From the NCBI GenBank assembly GCA_002269645.1, contig NIVC01000719.1, forward strand, positions 300,020-364,019: a stretch of 64,000 nucleotides of DNA, in the 5' to 3' direction. A program made the translations under genes and the position numbers. The notes beneath the pieces were generated by a model. The model was not told the origin of the DNA. It saw nothing but the letters and a program-made list of their open reading frames with translations, and did not search any database. Positions 22,643-35,474 of the stretch are shown in pieces. Numbering within the stretch: the first letter of the stretch is position 1; each line of letters begins with the position of its first letter. Source of the stretch: Macrostomum lignano (Eukaryota).

Positions 22643-23358
22643 CTGACACCTATTCCATGCCTCACTGACACCTATTCCAATGCCTCACTGACACATATTC
22701 CAATGCCTCACTGACACCTATTCCATGCCTCACTGATACCTATTCCATGCCTCACTGACACCTATTCCAATGCCTCACTGACACATATTCCAATGCCTCA
22801 CTGACACCTATTCCATGCCTCACTGACACCTATTCCAATGCCTCACTGACACCTATTCCAATGCAGCACTGACACCTATTCCAATGCCTCACTGATACCT
22901 ATTCCAATGCCTCACTGACACATATTCCAATGCCTCACTGACACCTATTCCATGCCTCACTGGCACCTATTCCAATGCCTCACTGACACCTATTCCAATG
23001 CAGCACTGACACCTATTCCAATGCCTCACTGATACCTATTCCAATGCCTCACTGACACCTATTCCAATGCAGCACTGACACCTATTCCAATGCAGCACTG
23101 ACATCTATTCCAATGCAGCACTGACATCTATTCCAATGCCTCACTGACACCTATTCCAATGCCTCACTGACACCTATTCCAATGCCTCGCTGACACCTAT
23201 TCCAATGCCTCACTGACACCTATTCCAATGCCTCACTGACACCTATTCCAATGCAGCACTGACACCTATTCCAATGCCTTACTGACATCTATTCCAATGC
23301 AGCACTGACATCTATTCCAATGCAGCACTGACACCCATTTCAATGCAGCACTGACACC
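22643..23358. repeat. Satellite A block 3
   Basis: Same variant order as block 2 (3650-bp offset). Confidence 0.95.
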
Positions 23359-23443
23359 CACAGAATTTCTTGACAAATGACTATTCTGATATTTTTGTGG
23401 CCATATAAAAATACAAGTAAAATCGAAAAAATATATTTCAGAG

Positions 23444-23516
23444 CGACCACGCCAGGACTCGAACCTGGAATCTTCTGATCCGTAGTCAGACGCGTTATCC
23501 ATTGCGCCACGCGGCC
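23444..23516 (-). tRNA. tRNA-Arg-ACG: tRNA-Arg(ACG) copy 6
   Basis: Canonical sequence with terminator. Confidence 0.97.
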
Positions 23517-23756
23517 CTCGGCAGCAGGACTGCCTCAGTCTGTCAAATAAAATTGAAAATTACTAAATCTGATTCCCAGATTTATTTGACCTGCTGTCGT
23601 CAGCCAGAGCCGTCACAAAGTGGTTATGTGCGGCAGGTTTTCTGTATTCAGATATCTTCGTATACCTGCTGAACCTGTAGCATTGTCGCTTGCCTTAATA
23701 ACCTTTTCCATTCTCTCCATTGCAATACTAAATAGCTGACTGTGAGCATGATATGG

Positions 23757-24118
23757 GCCAGTCACACCTGATAATGATCAAGCCAGTCACACCTGATAAT
23801 GATCAAGCCAGTCACACCTGATAATGATCAGGCCAGTCACACCTGATAATGATCAAGCCAGTCACACCTGATAATGATCAAGCCAGTCACACCTGATAAT
23901 GATCAGGCCAGTCGCACCTGATAATGATCAAGCCAGTCACACCTGATAATGATCAAGCCAGTCACACCTGATAATGATCAAGCCAGTCACACCTGATAAT
24001 GATCAAGCCAGTCACACCTGATAATGATCAAGCCAGTCACACCTGATAATGATCAAGCCAGTCACACCTGATAATGCTCAAGCCAGTCACACCTGAATAT
24101 GATCAAGCCAGTCACACC
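23757..24118. repeat. Satellite B block 3
   Basis: 25-bp units. Confidence 0.95.
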
Positions 24119-24567
24119 CACAGATACTAGAATAACTAGATAGGCCACTCGGCACATTTGAGTGCCAGCTACTTTCAGTTCAGTAGTAAGTTAAACAGAA
24201 GCATTTTAATGTATTCTTAAAGCCAGAGCTTATTTATTGGCTCTTACCCCCCCCCAAGCTAATAAACCCTCAAACTCCTCATAGAACCTCTACCCCCGGC
24301 CCGCGACCTAATTTTATTACCTTCTTCGGTTGTTCCAGCCTAAATCTGCCTTGTACATTTCAGTGGCTTATGTATATTATGGCTGAACCAATTGGCAAGC
24401 TGTTTACGCCTGCAAGCTTGGGCTTCTAAACTTATCAAAGTCATTTCAGCTGCCTTATTCTTATAAAATAGCTTATGTATTCTTCTTTGCTACTGAACTG
24501 AAAGTAGAAAGCTGTTTTGCCAAGTATAAATGCCAGAATGGCCCATCTAGTTATTCTAGTATCTGTG
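24119..24567. mobile_element. hAT-type MITE copy 3
   Basis: Same TIRs; right junction has an extra gtcactg before gtcacacc. Confidence 0.9.
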
Positions 24568-24850
24568 GTCACTGGTCACACCTGATATTGATTGAGACAG
24601 TCAACAAGTAAGCCATTTTAACAATTGAAAATTAATTGTATGAAATATTTTAGTAGTATTACATGCAATTTTTTCAATATATTTTATGAGTTCAACGTGA
24701 ATTAAAAATCTTTTTTTCTATCATTAGTTAATCGTACCTTTGAGCCTATAATTAAATAAATATATAATACACAGATACAACCAGTTTTTGCAGCTTATAT
24801 CACAGCTTGTCAAAAGATGTTCACTCTTGATTACTCATTAAAGTAGTATC

Positions 24851-25963
24851 CTAGTTGCAGTTGTCAGCTGAGCACACTGAGCAGTCTCCATAGTTAGGCA
24901 AGGCGGTGAGGCTTGAGCAGCCGTCCTTGTCCAGGTAGCAGGCCCTGTAGTACTGAAAATGATTTTGGCCAATCATTTTATATTACTGCCACAAGTAGTA
25001 AGAGGTCGCAACAGGTCATGTGTTTAAACGGATTTAGACAAAACTGCAATTCGACACTGGTAGAATTCCCGTCATACCGATTTCCTGCCGCCGATGGCAA
25101 CTGAGAACCTGATGCAGTAGTCATAACCTGCCACACAGTTTACACTGGCTGCTCTGCCATCTGGCGATGCAGCGTTGGATGCTGAGTGACATCGAAGTCC
25201 AGCTGCGGGGTCTGGGCGAATCGGGGTATGTTGTGAGCTGTGACTGGGTGCTGACACTACCGTTCTGACTGTGACTGAGTGCTGTGGCTGTGACTGTGGC
25301 TGTGACAGTGACAGTGACTGTGAATGTGACTGTGACACCGTGACTGTGACTGTGACACCGTGACTGTGACTGTGACACCGTGACTGTGACTGTGACACCG
25401 TGACTGTGACTGTGACACCGTGACTGTGACTGTGACACCGTGACTGTGACTGTGACACCGTGACTGTGACTGTGACACCGTGACTGTGACAATGCGCCTG
25501 TAAATGTTACTGTGACAGTGACAGTGACTGCGATTGTGACTATGATACTGACTGTGACTGTGACACTGTGACTGTGACACCGTGACTGTGACAATGCGCC
25601 TGTAAATGTTACTGTGACAGTGACAGTGACTGCGATTGTGACTATGATACTGACTGTGACTGTGACACTGTGACTGTGACACCGTGACTGTGACAATGCG
25701 CCTGTAAATGTTACTGTGACAGTGACAGTGACTGCGACTGTGACTATGATACTGTGACTGTGACTGTGACTGTGACTGTGACAGTGACTATGGCTGTGAC
25801 AGCAGTCTCCCATGATGCAAACAATGTAAGTGACTCTTTTCATTTCACACTAACCTACAAGTATCTCTCAGAACTCAAATCATAACGCCAGATTACAAAA
25901 CTCACCGATTGCATTGAAAGCTAGCATTAGCAGAATAGCAGAGCAGGCAGTTTGTCTCAGCAT
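24851..25963 (-). CDS. Secreted three-finger-like protein, copy 3
   Basis: Exons 25963-25906, 25202-25078, 24952-24851; same protein as copy 1, longer intron-1 repeat. Confidence 0.88.
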
Positions 25964-26204
25964 TCTGTGGCTCTTCTGTCTAAACTTTTCTGTCCGCGGA
26001 GAATAGCGAATAAAGAATGCCAGTTTCGCTGTCAGAACCTTAAATAGCTGGGGCGCTCAGCTTGAACCAACCAGTACGCCAGTACTGCATTGTGCGTGCG
26101 TGCGGCATATAGACAGAACTTCCACATCTGATGTACAACTGCAGTCAGAGGTGCAATATTGAACTCTAAAATTACTATTTACTAAAAATATTAATAGCTC
26201 AGAG

Positions 26205-26277
26205 CGACCACGCCAGGACTCGAACCTGGAAGCTTCTGATCCGTAGTCAGACGCGTTATCCATTGCGCCACGCGGCC
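26205..26277 (-). tRNA. tRNA-Arg-ACG: tRNA-Arg(ACG) copy 7, A46C variant
   Basis: As copy 3. Confidence 0.93.
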
Positions 26278-26460
26278 CTCGAAATTTGGTAGTCCTTGAG
26301 CATTCCTTAACGATTTATGTGTTTGATCAGACGCCAATCTCTTAATGGGTACGATTTCAGTAGTAATGATAGAGTATGTTAAATCTTTTTAGGAAAAACT
26401 AAATTTAAGAGACATTTGAAAGAGGAAATTCGAAAAGGTCATCCAAATCTGAATGCACCA

Positions 26461-27788
26461 CTGACACCTATTCCATGCCTCACTGACACCTATTCCAATG
26501 CCTCACTGACACATATTCCAATGCCTCATTGACACCTATTCCATGCCTCACTGATACCTATTCCATGCCTCACTGACACCTATTCCAATGCCTCACTGAC
26601 ACATATTCCAATGCCTCACTGACACCTATTCCATGCCTCACTGACACCTATTCCAATGCCTCACTGACACCTATTCCAATGCAGCACTGACACCTATTCC
26701 AATGCCTCACTGATACCTATTCCAATGCCTCACTGACACCTATTCCATGCCTCACTGACACCTATTCCAATGCCTCACTGACACCTATTCCAATGCCTCA
26801 CTGACACCTATTCCATGCCTCACTGATACCTATTCCATGCCTCACTGACACCTATTCCAATGCAGCACTGACACCTATTCCAATGCCTCACTGATACCTA
26901 TTCCATGCCTCACTGACACCTATTCCAATGCCTCACTGACACCTATTCCAATGCCTCACTGACACCTATTCCATGCCTCACTGATACCTATTCCATGCCT
27001 CACTGACACCTATTCCAATGCAGCACTGACACCTATTCCAATGCCTCACTGACACCTATTCCATGCCTCACTGACACCTATTCCAATGCCTCACTGACAC
27101 CTATTCCAATGCCTCACTGACACATATTCCAATGCCTCACTGACACCTATTCCATGCCTCACTGATACCTATTCCATGCCTCACTGACACCTATTCCAAT
27201 GCCTCACTGACACATATTCCAATGCCTCACTGACACCTATTCCATGCCTCACTGACACCTATTCCAATGCCTCACTGACACCTATTCCAATGCAGCACTG
27301 ACACCTATTCCAATGCCTCACTGATACCTATTCCAATGCCTCACTGACACCTATTCCAATGCAGCACTGACACCTATTCCAATGCAGCACTGACACCTAT
27401 TCCAATGCCTCACTGACACCTATTCCAATGCAGCACTGACACCTATTCCAATGCCTCACTGATACCTATTCCAATGCCTCACTGAAACCTATTCCAATGC
27501 AGCACTGACACCTATTCCAATGCAGCACTGACATCTATTCCAATGCAGCACTGACATCTATTCCAATGCCTCACTGACACCTATTCCAATGCCTCACTGA
27601 CACCTATTCCAATGCCTCGCTGACACCTATTCCAATGCCTCACTGACACCTATTCCAATGCCTCACTGACACCTATTCCAATGCAGCACTGACACCTATT
27701 CCAATGCCTTACTGACATCTATTCCAATGCAGCACTGACATCTATTCCAATGCAGCACTGACACCCATTCCAATGCAGCACTGACACC
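26461..27788. repeat. Satellite A block 4 (expanded)
   Basis: About 1.3 kb of 22/23-bp units. Confidence 0.95.
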
Positions 27789-27873
27789 CACAGAATTTCT
27801 TGACAAATGACTATTCTGATATTTTTGTGGCCATATAAAAATACAAGTAAAATCGAAAAAATATATTTCAGAG

Positions 27874-27946
27874 CGACCACGCCAGGACTCGAACCTGGAA
27901 TCTTCTGATCCGTAGTCAGACGCGTTATCCATTGCGCCACGCGGCC
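27874..27946 (-). tRNA. tRNA-Arg-ACG: tRNA-Arg(ACG) copy 8
   Basis: Canonical sequence with terminator. Confidence 0.97.
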
Positions 27947-28186
27947 CTCGGCAGCAGGACTGCCTCAGTCTGTCAAATAAAATTGAAAATTACTAAATCT
28001 GATTCCCAGATTTATTTGACCTGCTGTCGTCAGCCAGAGCCGTCACAAAGTGGTTATGTGCGGCAGGTTTTCTGTATTCAGATATCTTCGTATACCTGCT
28101 GAACCTGTAGCATTGTCGCTTGCCTTAATAACCTTTTCCATTCTCTCCATTGCAATACTAAATAGCTGACTGTGAGCATGATATGG

Positions 28187-28548
28187 GCCAGTCACACCTG
28201 ATAATGATCAAGCCAGTCACACCTGATAATGATCAAGCCAGTCACACCTGATAATGATCAGGCCAGTCACACCTGATAATGATCAAGCCAGTCACACCTG
28301 ATAATGATCAAGCCAGTCACACCTGATAATGATCAGGCCAGTCGCACCTGATAATGATCAAGCCAGTCACACCTGATAATGATCAAGCCAGTCACACCTG
28401 ATAATGATCAAGCCAGTCACACCTGATAATGATCAAGCCAGTCACACCTGATAATGATCAAGCCAGTCACACCTGATAATGATCAAGCCAGTCACACCTG
28501 ATAATGCTCAAGCCAGTCACACCTGACAATGATCAAGCCAGTCACACC
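28187..28548. repeat. Satellite B block 4
   Basis: 25-bp units. Confidence 0.95.
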
Positions 28549-28997
28549 CACAGATACTAGAATAACTAGATAGGCCACTCGGCACATTTGAGTGCCAGCT
28601 ACTTTCAGTTCAGTAGTAAGTTAAACAGAAGCATTTTAATGTATTCTTAAAGCCAGAGCTTATTTATTGGCTCTTACCCCCCCCCAAGCTAATAAACCCT
28701 CAAACTCCTCATAGAACCTCTACCCCCGGCCCGCGACCTAATTTTATTACCTTCTTCGGTTGTTCCAGCCTAAATCTGCCTTGTACATTTCAGTGGCTTA
28801 TGTATATTATGGCTGAACCAATTGGCAAGCTGTTTACGCCTGCAAGCTTGGGCTTCTAAACTTATCAAAGTCATTTCAGCTGCCTTATTCTTATAAAATA
28901 GCTTATGTATTCTTCTTTGCTACTGAACTGAAAGTAGAAAGCTGTTTTGCCAAGTATAAATGCCAGAATGGCCCATCTAGTTATTCTAGTATCTGTG
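28549..28997. mobile_element. hAT-type MITE copy 4
   Basis: Same TIRs and gtcacacc TSD. Confidence 0.92.
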
Positions 28998-29273
28998 GTC
29001 ACACCTGATATTGATTGAGACAGTCAACAAGTAAGCCATTTTAACAATTGAAAATTAATTGTATGAAATATTTTAGTAGTATTACATGCAATTTTTTCAA
29101 TATATTTTATGAGTTCAACGTGAATTAAAAATCTTTTTTTCTATCATTAGTTAATCGTACCTTTGAGCCTATAATTAAATAAATATATAATACACAGATA
29201 CAACCAGTTTTTGCAGCTTATATCACAGCTTGTCAAAAGATGTTCACTCTTGATTACTCATTAAAGTAGTATC

Positions 29274-30332
29274 CTAGTTGCAGTTGTCAGCTGAGCACAC
29301 TGAGCAGTCTCCATAGTTAGGCAAGGCGGTGAGGCTTGAGCAGCCGTCCTTGTCCAGGTAGCAGGCCCTGTAGTACTGAAAATGATTTTGGCCAATCATT
29401 TTATATTACTGCCACAAGTAGTAAGAGGTCGCAACAGGTCATGTGTTTAAACGGATTTAGACAAAACTGCAATTCGACACTGGTAGAATTCCCGTCATAC
29501 CGATTTCCTGCCGCCGATGGCAACTGAGAACCTGATGCAGTAGTCATAACCTGCCACACAGTTTACACTGGCTGCTCTGCCATCTGGCGATGCAGCGTTG
29601 GATGCTGAGTGACATCGAAGTCCAGCTGCGGGGTCTGGGCGAATCGGGGTATGTTGTGAGCTGTGACTGGGTGCTGACACTACCGTTCTGACTGTGACTG
29701 AGTGCTGTGGCTGTGACTGTGGCTGTGACAGTGACAGTGACTGTGAATGTGACTGTGACACCGTGACTGTGACTGTGACACCGTGACTGTGACTGTGACA
29801 CCGTGACTGTGACTGTGACACCGTGACTGTGACTGTGACACCGTGACTGTGACTGTGACACCGTGACTGTGACAATGCGCCTGTAAATGTTACTGTGACA
29901 GTGACAGTGACTGCGATTGTGACTATGATACTGACTGTGACTGTGACACTGTGACTGTGACACCGTGACTGTGACAATGCGCCTGTAAATGTTACTGTGA
30001 CAGTGACAGTGACTGCGATTGTGAACATGATACTGACTGTGACTGTGACACCGTGACTGTGACAATGCGCCTGTAAATGTTACTGTGACAGTGACAGTGA
30101 CTGCGACTGTGACTATGATACTGTGACTGTGACTGTGACTGTGACTGTGACAGTGACTATGGCTGTGACAGCAGTCTCCCATGATGCAAACAATGTAAGT
30201 GACTCTTTTCATTTCACACTAACCTACAAGTATCTCTCAGAACTCAAATCATAACGCCAGATTACAAAACTCACCGATTGCATTGAAAGCTAGCATTAGC
30301 AGAATAGCAGAGCAGGCAGTTTGTCTCAGCAT
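29274..30332 (-). CDS. Secreted three-finger-like protein, copy 4
   Basis: Exons 30332-30275, 29625-29501, 29375-29274; same protein as copy 1. Confidence 0.88.
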
Positions 30333-30573
30333 TCTGTGGCTCTTCTGTCTAAACTTTTCTGTCCGCGGAGAATAGCGAATAAAGAATGCCAGTTTCGCTG
30401 TCAGAACCTTAAATAGCTGGGGCGCTCAGCTTGAACCAACCAGTACGCCAGTACTGCATTGTGCGTGCGTGCGGCATATAGACAGAACTTCCACATCTGA
30501 TGTACAACTGCAGTCAGAGGTGCAATATTGAACTCTAAAATTACTATTTACTAAAAATATTAATAGCTCAGAG

Positions 30574-30646
30574 CGACCACGCCAGGACTCGAACCTGGAA
30601 GCTTCTGATCCGTAGTCAGACGCGTTATCCATTGCGCCACGCGGCC
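30574..30646 (-). tRNA. tRNA-Arg-ACG: tRNA-Arg(ACG) copy 9, A46C variant
   Basis: As copy 3. Confidence 0.93.
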
Positions 30647-30829
30647 CTCGAAATTTGGTAGTCCTTGAGCATTCCTTAACGATTTATGTGTTTGATCAGA
30701 CGCCAATCTCTTAATGGGTACGATTTCAGTAGTAATGATAGAGTATGTTAAATCTTTTTAGGAAAAACAAAATTTAAGAGACATTTGAAAGAGGAAATTC
30801 GAAAAGGTCATCCAAATCTGAATGCACCA

Positions 30830-31546
30830 CTGACACCTATTCCATGCCTCACTGACACCTATTCCAATGCCTCACTGACACCTATTCCAATGCCTCACTG
30901 ACACCTATTCCATGCCTCACTGATACCTATTCCAATGCCTCACTGACACCTATTCCAATGCAGCACTGACACCTATTCCAATGCCTCACTGATACCTATT
31001 CCAATGCCTCACTGACACCTATTCCAATGCCTCACTGACACCTATTCCAATGCCTCACTGACACATATTCCAATGCCTCACTGACACCTATTCCATGCCT
31101 CACTGACACCTATTCCAATGCCTCACTGACACCTATTCCAATGCAGCACTGACACCTATTCCAATGCCTCACTGATACCTATTCCAATGCCTCACTGACA
31201 CATATTCCAATGCCTCACTGACACCTATTCCATGCCTCACTGACACCTATTCCAATGCAGCACTGACACCTATTCCAATGCCTCACTGACACCTATTCCA
31301 ATGCCTCACTGACACCTATTCCAATGCAGCACTGACACCTATTCCAATGCAGCACTGACACCTATTCCAATGCAGCACTGACATCTATTCCAATGCCTCA
31401 CTGACACCTATTCCAATGCCTCACTGACACCTATTCCAATGCCTCACTGACACCTATTCCAATGCAGCACTGACACCTATTCCAATGCAGCACTGACACC
31501 TATTCCAATGCAGCACTGACACCCATTTCAATGCAGCACTGACACC
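30830..31546. repeat. Satellite A block 5
   Basis: 22/23-bp units. Confidence 0.95.
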
Positions 31547-31631
31547 CACAGAATTTCTTGACAAATGACTATTCTGATATTTTTGTGGCCATATAAAAAT
31601 ACAAGTAAAATCGAAAAAATATATTTCAGAG

Positions 31632-31704
31632 CGACCACGCCAGGACTCGAACCTGGAATCTTCTGATCCGTAGTCAGACGCGTTATCCATTGCGCCACGC
31701 GGCC
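31632..31704 (-). tRNA. tRNA-Arg-ACG: tRNA-Arg(ACG) copy 10
   Basis: Canonical; 5' flank type shared only with copy 13. Confidence 0.97.
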
Positions 31705-31916
31705 CTCGGCATTTGGCAGTCCTTGAGCACGGATTTCTAATTTTCTTTTCAAAATCACAGCTGCTGCTAAGCATGTTTGATCACGCGGCCTGCATGTGAA
31801 TTTGCGAGGCTTGGCTGGGAATGTTGAAATCGGAAACGACTTTAAGAGTCTCTTGGTAAGCAGCCATTTTTAAAGGCAACAACGGCATTTCACTTTTGTC
31901 CATTGATACTTGCTCT

Positions 31917-32980
31917 AATGTCCACCGACACCAACTTTAATGTCCACCGACTCAAACTTTAATGTCCACCGACACCAACTTTAATGTCCACCGACTCCAA
32001 CTTTAATGTCCACCGATACCTAGTTAAATGTCCACCGGCCGACACCAACTTTAATGTCCACCGACACCTACTTTAATGTCCACCGACACCTACTTTAATG
32101 TCCACCGACTCCAACTTTAATGTCCACCGACACCTACTTTAGTGTCCACCGACACCTACTTTAATGTCCACCGACTCCAACTTTAATGTCCACCGACTCC
32201 AACTTTAATGTCCACCGACACCAACCTTAATGTCCACCGACACCAACTTTAATGTCCACCGACACCTACTTTAATGTCCACCGACACCTACTTTAATGTC
32301 CACCGACACCTACTTTGATGTCCACCGACACCAACTTTAATGTCCACCGACACCTACTTTAATGTCCACCGACACCTACTTTAATGTCCACCGACACCTA
32401 CTTTAATGTCCACCGACACCTACTTTAATGTCCACCGACACCAACTTTAATGTCCACCGACACCAACTTTAATGTCCACCGACACCTACTTTAATGTCCA
32501 CCGACACCAACTTTAATGTCCACCGACTCCAACTTTAATGTCCACCGACACCAACTTTAATGTCCACCGACTCCAACTTTAATGTCCACCGACACCAACT
32601 TTAATGTCCACCGACTCCAACTTTAATGTCCACCGACACCAACTTTAATGTCCACCGACACCAACTTTAATGTCCACCGACACCTACTTTAATGTCCACC
32701 GACACCTACTTTAATGTCCACCGATACCTACTTTAATGTCCACCGACACCAACTTTAATGTCCACCGACACCTACTTTAATGTCCACCGACACCTACTTT
32801 AATGTCCACCGACACCTACTTTAATGTCCACCGACACCTACTTTAATGTCCACCGACACCTACTTTAATGTCCACCGACACCAACTTTAATGTCCACCGA
32901 CACCAACTTTTATGTCCACCGACACCTACTTTAATGTCCACCGACACCTACTTTGATGTCCACCGACACCTACTTTAATA
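31917..32980. repeat. Satellite C (22-bp), about 48 copies
   Basis: aatgtccaccgacacc(a/t)acttt units. Confidence 0.95.
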
Positions 32981-33116
32981 TCTAGTAACACCCACTTTAA
33001 AGTCCCACTGGCGAGAAAGGTCTTTGGCCTAACCCGCCCTATACTCAAACTATGACGCTTTTGACTTTCCTACAGCGAGAGCTCGAGTTCCTGCTAAGCG
33101 GCTGACTTCTAAAATT

Positions 33117-33400
33117 CAATTTCTTTGCTTGGTGTTGGCCAGCCTTCGAGCCTGCGTGTTGCTTTTACTGATGCCAATAAATATGCTTCGACACAACCTG
33201 CGCCTTGGACACAATGCATGCACACAAAATCTGTGATGACAGTCCGGGATGCAAGAGATCGTGTTCTTAGATTTTGAGCAAACTGGAATTCAAGCAAACA
33301 ATTTTGTACGATTGCAGTTTAGCGTATGGATATCTGGTGCCACGGCCATTTCATTTGCCTATGGGGCAATATTCTTGCTTCTGGCTATCTATGAATTTCT
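33117..33400 (-). pseudogene. Possible decayed RING-finger coding remnant
   Basis: Minus-strand fragments EYCPIG and IPVC..ISCIPDCHHRFCVH..CP..LCRS with stops and frameshifts; weak C3HC4-like spacing. Confidence 0.3.
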
Positions 33401-34283
33401 TAATTTTACTTGCGCCAATTCTAGTACAGCATCCTGATAATCCAGCAGAATACTTTCGCTAAATGCGTGCCTTCTTTTCATGGTTTGCTGACTTTCTCTC
33501 TTCCTAACACTATTCACCAAAATCAGCTGTCAATAGAGACGGGTAAAGGAGTCAGTCGAAATGACGATAAAGCTGAGTCGAAAGAAAACTGTTTTCAACC
33601 GAATAAAAAGCAGAAAAACAAACACACAAAAAGCGACTGCTTCAAAGGGAGATTTTTGAAGTCTCGCTATGCAGTGTCGCTTTGCGTCGATTCAGTGAGT
33701 GAGGAGCCAGTGGAACAGAACGGAGTATTTGAACAGAAAACAATAAATCTTTGTCGTGAGTGGAGCCATTCAATGGTGAGTCTGTATTCTGGATTCTGAA
33801 GCAGAAGCCATCTTAACTACAGAGCTGAAAGCAGAAGCAATTCAGCAACCATTTCAATGACTGATTGTGCCGCGCAATGCAGCTCAATGCAGCGCAGCTC
33901 AGTCTGGAAGCGCCTCACGGATCAACAGTTTACCTCACGCAGCAAAACAATTCAAAGACTCGCTTTCTTCTGCGCGGCATCTGTCAAGCCATTGTCAAGC
34001 GTGCTGAAGCGGCAAGACAGCCAAATGCAGACGCAACCAATGAAGCAGATTAACACAGCACAGAAATTGTCAAAGGTGTCACACCTCATTCAACAGAAAT
34101 CTGCAGGCATTCACGCAAAATTGAAAGGCTGAAAAATTCTGCATAAAAACGAGTCACTTCAGACACAAAATCTGCAGCGTTCGAAAAATCCTGGCCCTTC
34201 CGAGAGAAAAACTGCAATCGCTTCTTTGCAACATCAAAGCATTTGCCACAACCTAAAAGCAAAGTCTCCAATTGCCCCGAGAA

Positions 34284-35406
34284 ATGACTGCGGCCCTTCA
34301 ACTGTTGCTGCTGGCCGTCACCTGCGTTTACCGTCTCCGCTGCCCGTCTCTGCCGCGTCATCTTGGAGCTGGAAGCCGGTTTGAGGCGACCTCGCCGAGT
34401 ACAGGGTGCTATCAACGTTCAAGGCTAAGAGCAAGTTCGTCTGTCTTAGCAAATCTCAGGCGGCGAAGGCTCATGTGGCGTCTTTCGACACTGCATCGGG
34501 CGACTGCGCCCTGCTGGAGTGCGACCGTGGCAGCAGGGACCACTGCAGGAAGTGCCGGCACGAAGGAGATCCGAGCTTACCGATACTCTGGGTGAGTGAG
34601 GCGTTTCTGTCAGTTTCCTTGTAGATCTGGGTGAGTGAGGCGTTTCTGTCAGTTTCTTGTAGTTCTGGGTGAGTGAGGCGTTTCTGTCAGTTTCCTTGTA
34701 GTTCTGGGTGAGTGAGGCGTTTCTGTCAGTTTCCTTGTAGTTCTGGGTGAGTGAGGCGTTTCTGTCAGTTTCCTTGTAGTTCTGGGTGAGTGATGCGTTT
34801 GTGTCAGTTTCCTTGTAGTTCTGGGTGAGTGAGGCGTTTGTGTCAGTTTCCTTGTAGATCTGGGTGAGTGAGGCGTTTCTGTCAGTTTCCTTGTAGTTCT
34901 GGGTGAGTGAGGCGTTTCTGTCAGTTTCCTTGTAGCTCTGGGTGAGTGAGGCGTTTGTGTCAGTTTCCTTGTAGTTCTGGGTGAGTGAGGCGTTTCTGTC
35001 AGTTGCCTACTTCGTCAGTGGCCTGCTGGAAGCACTCGAAAGCTTCAATCGATTCCGAACCCTCAAATCGCAGGTCAAGGTGCCGGACAGCTGCTGGAAG
35101 ACTTTCCTTTTTCTTTTCCTTTTCCTCGATGACTCTGTCAGCTTCGACCGGAACTGGTTGGAGTACGCGAGCAGGCTCGGTCAGGGCGAGAGTCGCAACT
35201 ACTGGTTGCGTCTGGAGCAGCTCCACCAGCTCACTAAGGCTTGAGTGTGGAGAGTCCGCTGGGAGTTCAGCGACTGGAATGACAGCTGGTGCTGGGATGA
35301 GAATGCTCCGTTCTCTGTAGGCTCAGCGGCCGACAAGTACAGGTGCTCGATGGGACCGCTGAGCGTGAGCAGGTCGAATGTCGGACAAAGCACCGGAGGA
35401 TATTAG
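34284..35406 (+). pseudogene. PAN/apple-like plus fibrinogen-related domain (FReD) gene, disrupted and truncated
   Basis: Signal-like MTAALQLLLLAVTCV, frameshift near 34385, YRVLSTFKAKSKFVC...SFDTASGDCALLEC (PAN-like), then DDSVSFDRNWLEYASRLGQGESRNYWLRLEQLHQLT and WRVRWEFSDWND..FSVGSAADKYRCSMG (FReD motifs). In-frame TGA at 35242; C-terminal half of the domain absent. Confidence 0.75.
34592..35002. repeat. 39-bp minisatellite containing splice donor and acceptor, 10.5 copies
   Basis: gtgagtgaggcgtttctgtcagtttccttgtag(t/a)tctgg units. Confidence 0.95.
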
Positions 35407-35474
35407 TATCATGTAATGAACAACATGCAGTTCAGCACTAGCGACTCTGATAACGATAATTGGTTCTATGGAAA

